NCBI RefSeq assembly: GCF_006345805.1 | Contig: NC_043020.1 | Span: 11,222,001 to 11,286,000 of the forward strand | Length of the DNA: 64,000 nucleotides | Source: Octopus sinensis | Taxonomy: Eukaryota | Reading direction: 5' to 3' | Shown here: in pieces, positions 25,198 to 37,525 of the stretch | Layout: each line of letters opens with the position of its first letter | Numbering within the stretch: position 1 is the stretch's first letter | The notes under the pieces: model-generated | Database searches by the model: none | What the model was told of the DNA's origin: nothing | The model's input: only the letters and a program-made list of their open reading frames with translations | Made by a program: the position numbers and the translations under genes

Positions 25198-25639
25198 TAT
25201 ATATAAGTATATACTATATATATATATATATATATTTATAATGAGATTAGCTCGTATACGAGTGGGTATATATTGTAAAAAATGAAGTTCGAAAATGCTG
25301 CTATAGTAGACAAATTTTTAATTTTTTATATACATTATAACATGTTTCGGTTCTTGAGAACCTTATCAAAAAAGTTATATATAAAAAAAGATAGTTCATG
25401 CTATCAAATATAAAAAAATTCATTTATAATATACATAAGAGTCAGACATCAAAAGTTCATATATAGTGAAGTGAGTTCGTTCATGCTATATGTTAAAGAG
25501 TATGATGTAGTGGTTCATAGTGGGATATGCATTCAATATAAAAATAGATCAAAGTGGTGATATGCAGTCAATATAAAAAATTGATGTTCCTGAAAGAGCG
25601 AGGAATTCATTTTAGATTTTACCTTGAGTAAACTGTGTG

Positions 25640-25890
25640 CCCTTGTCTGAATATCCTGTTTTGAACAATCGTTTCGTTAGGTGGCTTAGTCAAGCAGAAC
25701 GGGACGTCATCAATATTCTGACCAATCCCGACCTATAGCTGTATTAGATCTGCCTTGTCTGTTTCCTGTTTCAACGTTTCGTTTGAATCGTTCGTTCGTC
25801 AAGGTGGCTTAGTCAAGGCAGAACGGGCAGTCAATCAATATCTTATGACCAATCCCGACCTATAGCTGTATTAGATCTGCCCCCTGTCTG
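25640..25890. repeat. Two-copy ~130-bp tandem duplication
   Basis: ggtggcttagtcaag...ccaatcccgacctatagctgtattagatctgcc occurs twice. Confidence 0.85.
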
Positions 25891-25927
25891 CACCCTGCCA
25901 GGTGACCAGTCGAGCAGAAATATATAG

Positions 25928-25958
<31 letters not shown>

Positions 25959-26103
25959 TATCTATAATATATATATATTATATATATATATATACATATA
26001 GATAGTTAATCCAAACAAGAAAGCACAAAAAAACACAACAATGCAAGACGTGGAACAAATATAGTTTATTGGACGTCAGGAAAGAAAGAAAGAAAGAAGG
26101 AGG

Positions 26104-26138
26104 GTTTAACATTTCGAGGGAAGCTCTTCGTCGGAAAC
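26104..26138 (-). ncRNA. Degenerate minimal hammerhead-like motif, family 2
   Basis: GTTT-CCGACGA-A-GAGCTTCCCTC-GAAA-TGT-T-AAAC; host cassette 26000-26200 matches 41140-41312. Confidence 0.4.
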
Positions 26139-26261
26139 ATAGGAGTTAGGGTTAGGGTTAGGGAAAACAGAGGAATAAAAATCGCCAACAGTACACACGC
26201 AGTCACATATGTATACACACACACACGCACATACACACACATTTATGTATGTATACATATA

Positions 26262-26540
26262 CAGGGTATTAAAAAAGTCTCTCCACAGTGAATTTTTTTC
26301 ATCCTGCGCATGCACAGCTTGGCTATCACTGTGTGGGTACCCAGGTGTCAGTCATTGTGTACCCTTCAGCGTGTCTACATGCTAACCATTGAAGAACGAA
26401 CGTTTTTAGTTGAATGGGTGTTTCAAACTGGAAACAAATACACTGATACTGTGAAACAGAAGTTCAGTGAAACTTTCCAAATACTGTTGTTCCGCTTGTG
26501 ACACTGTGCGGGATTGATAAGAAATTGAGAAACACGGGAC
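26262..26540 (+). mobile_element. Tc1/mariner (maT/rosa-like) 5' fragment
   Basis: TA|cagggt start; MLTIEERTFLVEWVFQTGNKYTDTVKQKFSETF resembles the N-terminal HTH of DD37D/DD41D transposases. Confidence 0.65.
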
Positions 26541-26573
<33 letters not shown>

Positions 26574-26942
26574 TATAGATATCTTAATATATATATATAT
26601 ATATATATAGATATATATATATATAATATATATATACATATTATAATAAATAGAGATAAAACCACTATTAGGCAAATCAAACAATGAAAAACATAAGCCA
26701 ATACATAAAATTAATTAATTTCTATTATTTTAAAATATATATCAAGAGTATTAAAAGTTTAATAAAAGATAAAGAGTAAAACAAACTACTCGTAGTGTTT
26801 TATAATTTATTATAATATAATATTTACTATAAATTGGATTTAATCCTAAATCTGATTTTCCCTGTAAGTTTTACTATAAAATTGGATTTAATCCTAAATC
26901 TGATTTTTTCCCTGTAAGTTTGGATTTATTCCCTAATATTTT

Positions 26943-26974
<32 letters not shown>

Positions 26975-27019
26975 TTATATATATATATATATTTATTTTT
27001 TAAAATTTTTTATTTTATT

Positions 27020-27460
27020 TTTTTCTAGTTTCAGCTCACGAGCTGTGGCCATGCTAGGGCACTGCCATTTGGTGTTGCTACATGATTTTACTTCACGAAT
27101 GCTTTTTAGCAAAAATTGCCATTTGGTGCATGAGAGAGTTCGATGCAGCTGCCCTCATCTGCACCTCCTGCCGTGAAGTTGGTTCATCCGGGACACCTGA
27201 CAGGAAGAGATCCAGTTATATTTTAAAGACATCTGCATGCACCCCATGCAGGTCTCTCAGGTTCTTCGGGGGAATATTGAAGAGCTGTGGGCCTCTGAAG
27301 CCCAGGCTATCACAGTATCTTGTCCTACATCTTGATGGCAAACCTGGAGTCCTTGGCACTATGCAGTGGCGCCCAGTTCTAGCATTTGTGTAACTCTTGA
27401 TGCCAAAGTTTGGGACAAGTCCCTCCAGGATCTTCCAGATGTATATTATGGCATTCTGTA
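27020..27460 (-). mobile_element. CR1/L2-group LINE 3' end with stem-loop tail
   Basis: IIYIWKILEGLVPNFGI...GFRGPQLFNIPPKNLRDLHG..FKI*LDLFLSGVPDEP; tail gtgccctagcatggccacagctcgtgagctgaaac. Confidence 0.85.
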
Positions 27461-28360
27461 TATATATTTATATACACACACACACACACATACATATAAG
27501 TCAAATATAAAGTTAAAGAATTAAGGTTAAGAAAATATGTGTTAAACACAGTATCGAAACCTTATTTCAGGGTAAGTCCCAGGTCATGTGTCTGCAGAGT
27601 ATGTTCACCACTTATGGCTACCAGGCATCATCAATCATACTTAGCAAATGTCATTGTAATAATTTCAGGAACTCCAGGATGGATGTTATGTATATACTAA
27701 AGATAAAAAGAGAAGATGGAATGTACCAACGAAAAAATTTCTATTACCACAATTGTTTCATCATCAAGATGCACTGCTCCCTTGTGAGCGTGGAACAATG
27801 CAGCAACAGCAAATGCAATGCACAATGCATAGAAGACTCCTCAGGTGGAAAATATTGTTTTAAGCTGGAGATTTACATTTGAGTTTTACTGTATTGAGAG
27901 ATACAGTTAGACAAACACACAGACAAACTGACGTACACATTCTTACATTTAAATCAATGCAAAGACATACAGATGCATAAATTAATAATTATACATGTGG
28001 GCACATGCTAGCACACACCACATGTATGTATGTCAGTCAATCACTCACACACTCATACACATACAGAAACATGCCTCCACACACAGAAACATCCTTCAGG
28101 GCACAAAGATTTATTTACCCAGACACATAAGAGATCACATCAATACTGCCAGCATGGCGCACACGCACGCACACAGGTACACCAACAGACACACTCACAC
28201 CCTCACACAATGCTCACACACACACAGGTGCCCCATCACACCCACACCATAGGACATACAAATTCAAATGTACATTGACACCCACAGTCTCACATGTCTG
28301 CAGGCAAGTACACTTATACACTCACGCAATTATACACACACACACACACACACACATCAT

Positions 28361-28410
<50 letters not shown>

Positions 28411-28448
28411 CGTTCATACGTTATATATATATTATAACATTCATACAC

Positions 28449-28492
<44 letters not shown>

Positions 28493-28525
28493 CGTAACTC
28501 GCTCTGAGATTTATCATTGTTATAT

Positions 28526-28574
<49 letters not shown>

Positions 28575-28680
28575 ACACATCAGCAGTGGTAGACTGGGTC
28601 TAAAAATATGGTTTGCCAGGAGATGAAGGTGGGGGCCAAGTGGAACTACAAGGGAGCCCACCCACTACTACAATGCTATC

Positions 28681-28732
<52 letters not shown>

Positions 28733-29221
28733 TTATTTATTTTTTTTTTTTTTTAAAGTATTCTTTTCAAATGTCTACAAACACAGCCCGGCTGAAATAA
28801 TGCATCCTTCCAGGAGTGAATAAAAAAATTCTCAAACTTGAGGGAATGGGCCCCTTAGATACTATCATGGGCCCCCATATATGGATTCTAATGGCACAGG
28901 TGCCCACTTGCCATTTGGCAAGCTGGCAACCTGGCCGTTGCACATCAGTATACCCCGGAGACTTCCACTCAACACATACATACACACACAGGTATATAGA
29001 GACACGTCAACTCTGCACATACATGCACACACCCACAAGACTACACAGACACGCATGCAGGCACCGAACAATAAACAGCACATGGGAAAAATCTCACACC
29101 CATGTCCATGGGTACATAGCAATGTATGGAATGCTAGCATGGTGTTCACTGTTCAATGTGGATTATATCTGTGTGTTGCATCAGGTGATATTGTATTGTT
29201 CCACGTCCACAAAGGAGTGGC

Positions 29222-29249
29222 GCATCTGAAGATGAAACAATTGTTATGG
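29222..29249 (+). ncRNA. Hammerhead-like core lacking helix II
   Basis: GCAT-CTGAAGA-T-GAAA-CAATTGT-T-ATGG; palindromic helix III; paralogous inverted copy at 27749-27772. Confidence 0.35.
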
Positions 29250-29305
29250 TGATATAAATTGTTTTTGTTGGTACATTCTGTCTTCTCTTTTTATCTTTAA
29301 TATAT

Positions 29306-29331
29306 ATATATGTATATGTATGTGTGTGTGT

Positions 29332-29363
<32 letters not shown>

Positions 29364-29367
29364 GTGT

Positions 29368-29399
<32 letters not shown>

Positions 29400-29910
29400 G
29401 TGTGTGTATGTATGTATGTGTGTGTATGTATGTATATGTATGTGTGTGTATGTATGTGTGTGTGTATGTATGTGTGTGTGTATGTGTGTGTGTGTGTGCA
29501 TGTATGTGTGTGTATGTGTGTGTATGTATGTGTGTGTGTGTGTATGTATGTGTGTGTGTGTATGTATATGTATGTGTGTGTATGTGTGTGTGTGTATGTA
29601 TATGTATGTGTGTGTGTATGTGTGTGTGTATGTATGTGTGTGTATGTATGTATGTGTGTGTGTATGTGTGTGTGTATGTATGCATGTGTGTATGTATGTG
29701 TGTGTGTATGTATGTGTGTGTATGTATGTGTGTGTGTATGTATATGTATGTGTGTGTGTGTATGTGTGTGTATGTATGTGTGTGTGTATGTGTGTGTGTA
29801 TGTATGTATATATATGTGTGTGTGTATGTGTGTGTGTGTATGTATGTGTTTGTGCATGTATGTGTGTGTGCATGTATGTGTGTGTATGTGTGTGTGTGTG
29901 TGTGTGTGTA
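29306..29910. repeat. ~600-bp (GT)/(GTAT) compound microsatellite
   Basis: Direct inspection. Confidence 0.95.
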
Positions 29911-30457
29911 GTGGATTGGCCGTTTCAATCAGTACAGCCATCCAGTTGTTGGAGCTATATCATGTAAGCACAAAAGCAAGGCATCATTCTAGAATTTAAA
30001 AAAAACAAAATATTTGATACAGAAAATTACTGGCAGTCATTAGCAAGCATATAATGAATAAAACAAGAGAACATAAACAAAGTAACTAACAGGATATGAA
30101 ACTAGTAGTTACTAAACAAAGTAACGATGATTTTCATATGCTGTGAAAAGTAATTAAAAGGTCGTTTTTAAGAAAATATAATTTGTGAACTCAGACAATG
30201 GATTCCAACAACTGGAATGCTGTAGTGGCTGCACTTACTGACCTGCCCTCTGTGAATAAGGTCAAACCAAAGAACTATACTGCCCATCCAAACATCTGCA
30301 TTCTCAAATACCAAAGTAAGTCCAACATCACACAGCTCCGCCTCCTTATAACTGTCATTCCCTCCTCTGCGTTCCACACAGAAACGCCTACAAGCCCCGG
30401 TCAAATGTCTCATTGGTCAAAATTGATAAACACCCACTCAGTCAAACAGTTGATTTG

Positions 30458-30626
30458 TGATTTGTGGAAATCCATATATTCGCCCATCTTTTTTTGAAAC
30501 ATTCGCTAAACAAAATTTGCCTCTCTACTTTCACTTTCCTTTTCAAGTGATACTTGAAGAAGTTGATGAGAAATTTGACCAGAGAGGAATATTGTAATGC
30601 ATTGCTATATGTATTTCCACAAATCA
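30458..30626. mobile_element. Small putative MITE with 14-bp TIR tgatttgtggaaat
   Basis: TIRs at 30458-30471 and 30613-30626; interior equals the 137-bp satellite unit in reverse. Confidence 0.55.
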
Positions 30627-30728
30627 TATTCCTCTCTGGTCAATCTCTCACCAACTTCTTCAAGTATCACTTGAAAAGGAAAGTGAAAGTAGAGGGGCAA
30701 ATTTTGTTTAGCGAATGTTTCAAAAAGA

Positions 30729-31033
30729 GTTGTTGTTGTTGTTTGTTCCTTCTCGAGCCATCTCTGGCTCATAAGGGCCAGTTTCCCGGTTTCCTTGACG
30801 TATAGGTTCCCCATCTGGATGGGACACTGGTCCGTCAAAGTGAGCTGCAAGATGCAGGAGGAAAGAGAGAGAGAAAGTTGTGGCGAAAGAGTCAGCAGAA
30901 GTTCGCCACCACCTTCTGCCAGAGCTGCAGGGAGCTTAGGTGTTTCGCTCATAAACACAAACATCGCCCGATCTGAGATTTGAACCCGCGATCCCTCGAC
31001 TGCGAGTCTGCTGCTCTAACCACTAGGCCATGC
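30729..31033 (-). mobile_element. SINE-B, tail type 3
   Basis: Shared head and body; distinct tail ...cccttatgagccagagatggctcgagaaggaacaaacaac. Confidence 0.8.
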
Positions 31034-31133
31034 TATATGAATACATGATCATGATCTACTTGGTGTCCATGGATACTATGACCTGTACTGTAATCATCTT
31101 ACAAATATGGACTATGATCTTAAGAAACATGTG

Positions 31134-31718
31134 ATTTGTGGAAATACATATAGCAATGCATTACAATATTCGTCTCTGGTCAATTTCTCATCAACTTCTT
31201 CAAGTATCACTTGAAAAGGAACGTGAAAGTAGAGAGGCAAATTTTGTCTAGCGAATGTTTCAAAAAAAGATGGGGTGAATATAGCAAGGATGGCATGTAT
31301 GAATGACTCCTCTCTGGTCAATCTCTCATCAACTTTTTCAAGTATCACTTGAAAAGGAAAGTGAAAGTAGAGAGGAAAATTTTGTCTAGCGAATGTTTCA
31401 AAAAATAATGGGTGAATATAGCAAGGATGGCATGTATGAATGACTCCTCTCTGGTCAATCTCTCATCAACTTCTTCAAGTATCACTTGAAAAGGAAAGTG
31501 AAAGTAGAGAGGCAAACTTTGTTTAGCGAATGTTTCAAAAAATAATGGGTGAATATAGCAAGGATGGCATGTATGAATGACTCCTCTCTGGTCAATCTCT
31601 CATCAACTTTTTCAAGTATCACTTGAAAAGGAAAGTGAAAGTAGAGAGGCAAATTTTGTCTAGTGAATGTTTCAAAAAAAGATGGGTGAATATAGCAAGG
31701 ATGGCATGTATGAATGAC
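31134..31718. repeat. 137-bp tandem satellite, about 4 units
   Basis: gaatgac anchors at 31301, 31438, 31575 and 31712 (period 137). Confidence 0.92.
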
Positions 31719-32640
31719 GAAGCCACCTTGAGCATAATCCTATGAACCCGAAAAAATTTAATACAGAGAGTTACTTACTTGCAAATAAATGTGTTAACAT
31801 GTGATATTAATGACCGAGGTTACCGTAGGCTTTTTTTTTCCACGGATAAACCTTATCTGCTTCCCCCCTTACACTTTACATCATGACATTTCTGCGATAC
31901 ATGATCCCTATTGATCGTTTCTTTTCTTTTCCTTTTTGTCTTTTTTTTCCTTTCTACGATCCCTTTTGATCGAAAACCTACACCCTTTTTTTTCTCTCCC
32001 CAAAAAGAAAAGCTCTACTTTGTAATTTGTCCTGTCTGTGTGGCTAATAAAGAAACATATTTATCCTACAATTATATTGGCACAACGCCCAAGTCAACTC
32101 CCAAAATACTGGCATTGCCAGTCGACAACATTAGCCAGTAGCTGTCATAATAGAGTAGGAGCTTTTATTATGCAGATTCAAAACATTTCCTGTAAATGAA
32201 CTTAAAGCATCTTGTGTAGCATGCCCAGTACTTGTTTTTCTTGTTGTAAAAAATTTGGATTTCTTCCTTGTGTAGCCTGTCCTGTACTTGTCGTAAAATT
32301 TTTGTTTATCCCGTTTCTACGTCTTGTTGTGGCGTCCTGTACGTATATTTATTTATATATGCATGTATATATATACATGTAGATGTAGGTACGTACATAT
32401 ATGTTTGTATGTATGCATATATTTTTATTTATCACATTATTGTCTGACAGCGCCTCGCGTCAGGTTCGTTTCGATTTGTCGGTTCGTTCCACTTCTGTCT
32501 CCATTTGATTTTTATATATATATATATATATATATGCCTACTTTACCTATCTACTGTATTGCTGCATATGAAAAAAAAAAATATAATATAATATACAATA
32601 TATATATATATATATATAATTATATATATATATATATATA

Positions 32641-32710
<70 letters not shown>

Positions 32711-32717
32711 TATATCA

Positions 32718-33131
32718 GAATGAATGTTTTTATATATAATGAACGTGAAATACAGGAAGGGACGAACACGGAACACAGACAAATCATTCGAATCATCATA
32801 GCAAATTTCGGCTGTTCAATTCTGATATTTGCTCCAACTCGGCCAGCCCCAAGAAAAAAACTAAGTTGTAAGCATTAGATTTCTTGGTAGAAGACAGGAA
32901 TGTGAACGCACAAGACGGATGTAAATACAAGAGACGAAAACGAAATTGAAAACAGTAATGAATAAACAAAATATATATAACGGTGGTTGTCATACGACTT
33001 TAGACCAAATGAGACAAAACAACAACAACATAGCAGCTGGCGTAGAAATAATTACGTTTCGGTAGCGGGGACACATGTTGGTCAGATACGATGGCCAACA
33101 GAATGGTTAAGAATCAGCAGGTCGCAGAGAG

Positions 33132-33165
<34 letters not shown>

Positions 33166-33840
33166 GGAATCAAGAGGGTGGAAGGCAGGGGACAGAATCA
33201 GTGACCAAGAGAAAAGGAGAAAGAAGGGATTAAGGAGGATGGGGGGAAGAGGGGGGAAGAATCGGAGGGCGCCAAAATAGTTTGGTGAAGAAGCAATGGC
33301 GGGTAGGAAAGACAGTGTGTATAGAAGTCGTGCAGGGTTTAAAATTGGACAAACAAACGGGGGGGGGGGGGTGCACGTAACGCCGCAATAATATAAGAAT
33401 GAATGTTTTTATATATAATGAACGTGAAATACAGGAAGGGACGAACACGGAACACAGACAAATCATTCGAAGCCTTCAATCTTCAGTCAGACACCGAATC
33501 ATCATAGCAAATTTCGGCTGTTCAATTCTGATATTTGCTCCAACTCGGCCAGCCCCAAGAAAAAAACTAAGCTGTAAGCATTAGATTCTTGGTAGAAGAC
33601 AGGAATGTGAACGCACAAAACGGATGTAAATACAAGAGACGAAAACGAAATTGAAAACAGTAATGAATAAACAAAATATATATAACGGTGGTTGTCCTAC
33701 GACTTAGACAAATGAGACAAAACAACAACAACATAGCAGCTGGCGTAGAATAATTACCGTTTCGGTAGCGGGGACACATGTTGGTCAAGATACGATGGCC
33801 AACAGAATGGTTAAGAATCAGCAGGTCGCAGGAGAGAGAG
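32718..33840. repeat. ~420-bp direct repeats (32718-33135, 33397-33840) around a purine-rich spacer
   Basis: gaatgaatgtttttatatataatgaacgtgaaatacagg...gaatcagcaggtcgcag duplicated; flanked by (TA)n. Confidence 0.85.
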
Positions 33841-33867
33841 AGAAAGAGAACAGAGAGAGAGGGAATC

Positions 33868-33908
<41 letters not shown>

Positions 33909-33921
33909 TATATACATATAT

Positions 33922-33980
<59 letters not shown>

Positions 33981-34122
33981 TAATATATATATATATATAT
34001 AAATATATAAAGGTGTGTGTGTGTCTGCACACCACAATCGATATATATTCATCATCATCATCGTTTAATGTCTGTTTTCTATGCTGGCATGGGAACAGCT
34101 GTATATATATATGTATACAAAC

Positions 34123-34173
<51 letters not shown>

Positions 34174-34200
34174 CATATATATATACATACACACACACAC

Positions 34201-34259
<59 letters not shown>

Positions 34260-34565
34260 AAATTTAAAAAATTTTTTTGTCAATTGATATTTTATTTAGA
34301 TTTTTAGTCACGTGACACACTTCAAATTTTTTTAGTTGATTTGTATGTCTTCTTGATAAGCTGTTCTATATATTTGTATTTTTATTTACATATATTCTCA
34401 CCTATTGTGGTTTTTTTTTTATATATGTATTCTTTATATGTTAAAGGCCATGGTAATATTTCTATACAATGAAATGTATTGAAGCGTGGTGACTCAAATT
34501 TGATGTTTCTCTTATCAACGTTTATTTTTTTTTTATCGCTGTTTCAATCTCATTTGAGCACTTTT

Positions 34566-34999
34566 GGATCTTTTCGGTTTGAACGGTAGTTTTTAACATA
34601 ATTTCCAGGTAACTAAAAAACTTTAAACTTCGTATACTGGTAGAATGTGTTTATAAAACATCTTTTTCTCTTGGTTTTATTGAGAAAATTCTATAGTTTG
34701 TAAGATATTTTCTTCTTATTTTTCTTCAATTTCTGCACTTTCAACCAATCAGTGACGTCTATTGAGGTAAAAAATATTCTGTGCCGTATGAATATGTACC
34801 TCGTTTAAGAAACAGATTGGGTTTATTTACATTTCTGAAGAAAAAAAGATACCCTTCCCCTCACCCCTAACCCTAATCCTAACTAACCCTAACCCTAAAA
34901 TAGATTGAAATGCAATAGATCGATACTAGGGTCATAATTATGGGTGACAATTTCATATGTCACCGCTAGAAAAAACTGCCATTCAAACCGAAAAGATTC
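34566..34999. mobile_element. GGATC-TIR MITE
   Basis: 8-bp TSD gcactttt at 34558-34565 and 35000-35007; internal (CCCTAA)n. Confidence 0.92.
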
Positions 35000-35147
35000 G
35001 CACTTTTTTGCAGTCTTATAAACTGTTTTGTCTCCATAAAAAGAGGCAAAAATTATTTCTTGTCGTATTCATTTGCTTGTTGATCACTTCATATAGACTG
35101 CATTATGAATAAACATCGTTAGGGTTTTTCAACTAAAAATATCCCCA

Positions 35148-35313
35148 TAGGCACATGAGTGGCTGTGTGGTAAGTAGCTTGCTAACCAGCCACATGGTTC
35201 CAGGTTCAGTCCCACTGCGTGGCATCTTGGGCACGTGTCTTCTGCTATAGCCCCGGGCCGAACAATGCCTTGTGAGTGGATTGGTAGACGGAAACTGAAA
35301 GAAGCCTGTCGTA

Positions 35314-35398
<85 letters not shown>

Positions 35399-35637
35399 AT
35401 ATATATATGTATGTGTGTGTATGTGTGTGTGTGTCTGTGTTTGTCTCCCTAGCTTTGCTTGACAACCGATGCTGGTGTGCTTATGTCCCCGTCACTTAGC
35501 GGTTCGGCAAAAGAGACCGATAGAATAAGTACTGGGCTTACAAAAGAATAAGTCCCGGGGTCAATTTGTTCGACTAAAGGCGGTGCTCCAGCATGGCCGC
35601 AGTCAAATGACTGAAACAAGTAAAAGAGTAAAGAGTA
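35148..35637 (+). mobile_element. SINE-A
   Basis: Full family structure with long internal (TA)n. Confidence 0.9.
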
Positions 35638-36089
35638 ATACCTTCAAGGAACTCATATATGGAATCACTTATCCATAAAACCACAGAGTTTATCAACAGG
35701 CTAAACGGGGAATCATCACAAAAATTTGGGACGTGCAAGCCATAGTTGGCGTTCTTCCAGCTTCTTGCTTGCTGTTGCACACAGCAGCTACTGTCCCATA
35801 TTGTTTAACTTTGCGTATGCATAGCACTAAGGGCCACACATCTTGGAAGCATTTTTCGGTTTCTAACGGAGCAGGAAATTTAAGTTTCCTCTCCTTGCGA
35901 GAAACACATTTGTATATAATGGTTTGTTGTTTGGAGGGGTTTTTTGCCTCCCCAATAAGGCACATAACACCTCATTTCAAAATGTCACTTTTTGGAGTGC
36001 CTTACTTTTCAAATCTTGAACTGAAAGGACGGTCTACTGGCTCACTGCCCTCAAGAAAGAAAAAGCATTGTTGTGGCTCTTTATGTTAT

Positions 36090-36465
36090 TGTTGCTGTTG
36101 CTGTTGAGTGAACGCTCTTCGTTCCAGAGCTCGCAAGATGAGAGAAGTCCGAAACGTGGTCCTTTGCTATTCGTAAGACCCGCAGAAGAGAGAGCAGGTC
36201 AACCCCCCAACACCGAGAGCATCGACAGATGGATGAATGCGCATCCAGGCTCAGCGGTTGCGTAGGAAGTCGGGGACAAGCAAACAGGAAGAGAGAGTGA
36301 GAGAAAGTTGGAGCAAAAGAGTACAACAGGGGTCGCCACCACCTCCTGCTGGAGCCTCTTGGAGCTTGAGGTCTTTTCGCTCAATAAACACACACAACGC
36401 CCGGTTTGGGAATCGAAACCGCAATCCTCCGACCGCGAGTCCACTGCCCTAACCATTGCGCCTCC
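36090..36465 (-). mobile_element. SINE-B, tail type 2
   Basis: Shared head and body; distinct tail ending gaagagcgttcactcaacagcaac. Confidence 0.8.
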
Positions 36466-36579
36466 ACTACTGTTGTTGTTGTTGTTTACCACACAGTTTC
36501 CACTACAGTTGCCACTGATAGCCGCATTTGTTCTTTTTGCTGTTGTTGTTGTTTTCAATCTTGTTGTTGCTGATACTGT

Positions 36580-36964
36580 GGAGGCACAATGGCCCAGTGG
36601 TTAGGGCAGCAGACTCGCGGTCATAGGATCGCGGTTTTGATTCCCAGACCGGGCGTTGTGAGTGTTTATTGAACGAAAACACCTAAAAAGTTCCACGAGG
36701 CTCCGGCAGGGGGTGGTGGTGATCCCTGCTGTACTCTTTCACCACAACTTTCTCTCACTCTTACTTCCTCTTTCTGTTGTACCTGTATTTCAAAGGGCCG
36801 GCCTTGTCACTCTCTGTGTCACGCTGAATATCCCCGAGAACTACGTTAAGGGTACACGTGTCTGTGGAGTGCTCAGCCACTTACACGTTAATTTCACGAG
36901 CAGGCTGTTCCGTTGATTCGGATCAACCGGAACCCTCGTCGTCGTAACCGACGGAGTGCTTCCA
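36580..36964 (+). mobile_element. SINE-B, tail type 1
   Basis: 15-bp TSD tgttgctgatactgt at 36565-36579 and 36965-36979. Confidence 0.9.
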
Positions 36965-37006
36965 TGTTGCTGATACTGTTGCTATTAATGTTACTTCTGC
37001 TGTTTG

Positions 37007-37042
<36 letters not shown>

Positions 37043-37200
37043 ACTCATTGTCATTACTGTTGTTATTGTTGTTGTTTTCACTGTCGTTGCTGCTGGTATC
37101 TTTGCATTTGTTACTGCTGTTGTTGTTGTTGTTGTTAAGCAACAAGACGGGTAAGGGTGATTAGGTGATGGTCTAGGGCTTAGGGGTGGGAGACCCCAGA

Positions 37201-37525
37201 TCATCATCATCATCATCATCATCATCATTTAGCATGGGTTGGACGGTTCAACTGGGGTCTGGGAAGCCAGGAGGCTGCACCAGGTTCCAATCTGATCTGG
37301 CAGTGTTTCTACGGCTGGATGCCCTTCCTAACGCCAACCACTCCGTGAGTGTAGTGGGGGCTTTTTACGTGCCACCCGCACAGGTGCCAGATGGAGCTGG
37401 CAAACGGTCACGAACGGATGGTGCTTTTACGTGCCACCGGCCGGGGGCCAGGCAAGGCTGGCAACGGACACGAACGGATGGTGCTTTTACGTGCCACTGG
37501 CACGGGGGCCAAGCGAGGCTGGCGG
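37201..37525 (-). mobile_element. Retroposon D with three internal repeats
   Basis: Inserted after ccccaga in one copy of a local duplication; absent at the paralogous site about 37772. Confidence 0.85.

Noticed and set aside
25640-25890. Tandem repeat as a possible retrozyme array
   Set aside because: The minus strand has TGACGA and GAAACGTT, but helix II cannot be reconstructed consistently and the region looks error-prone
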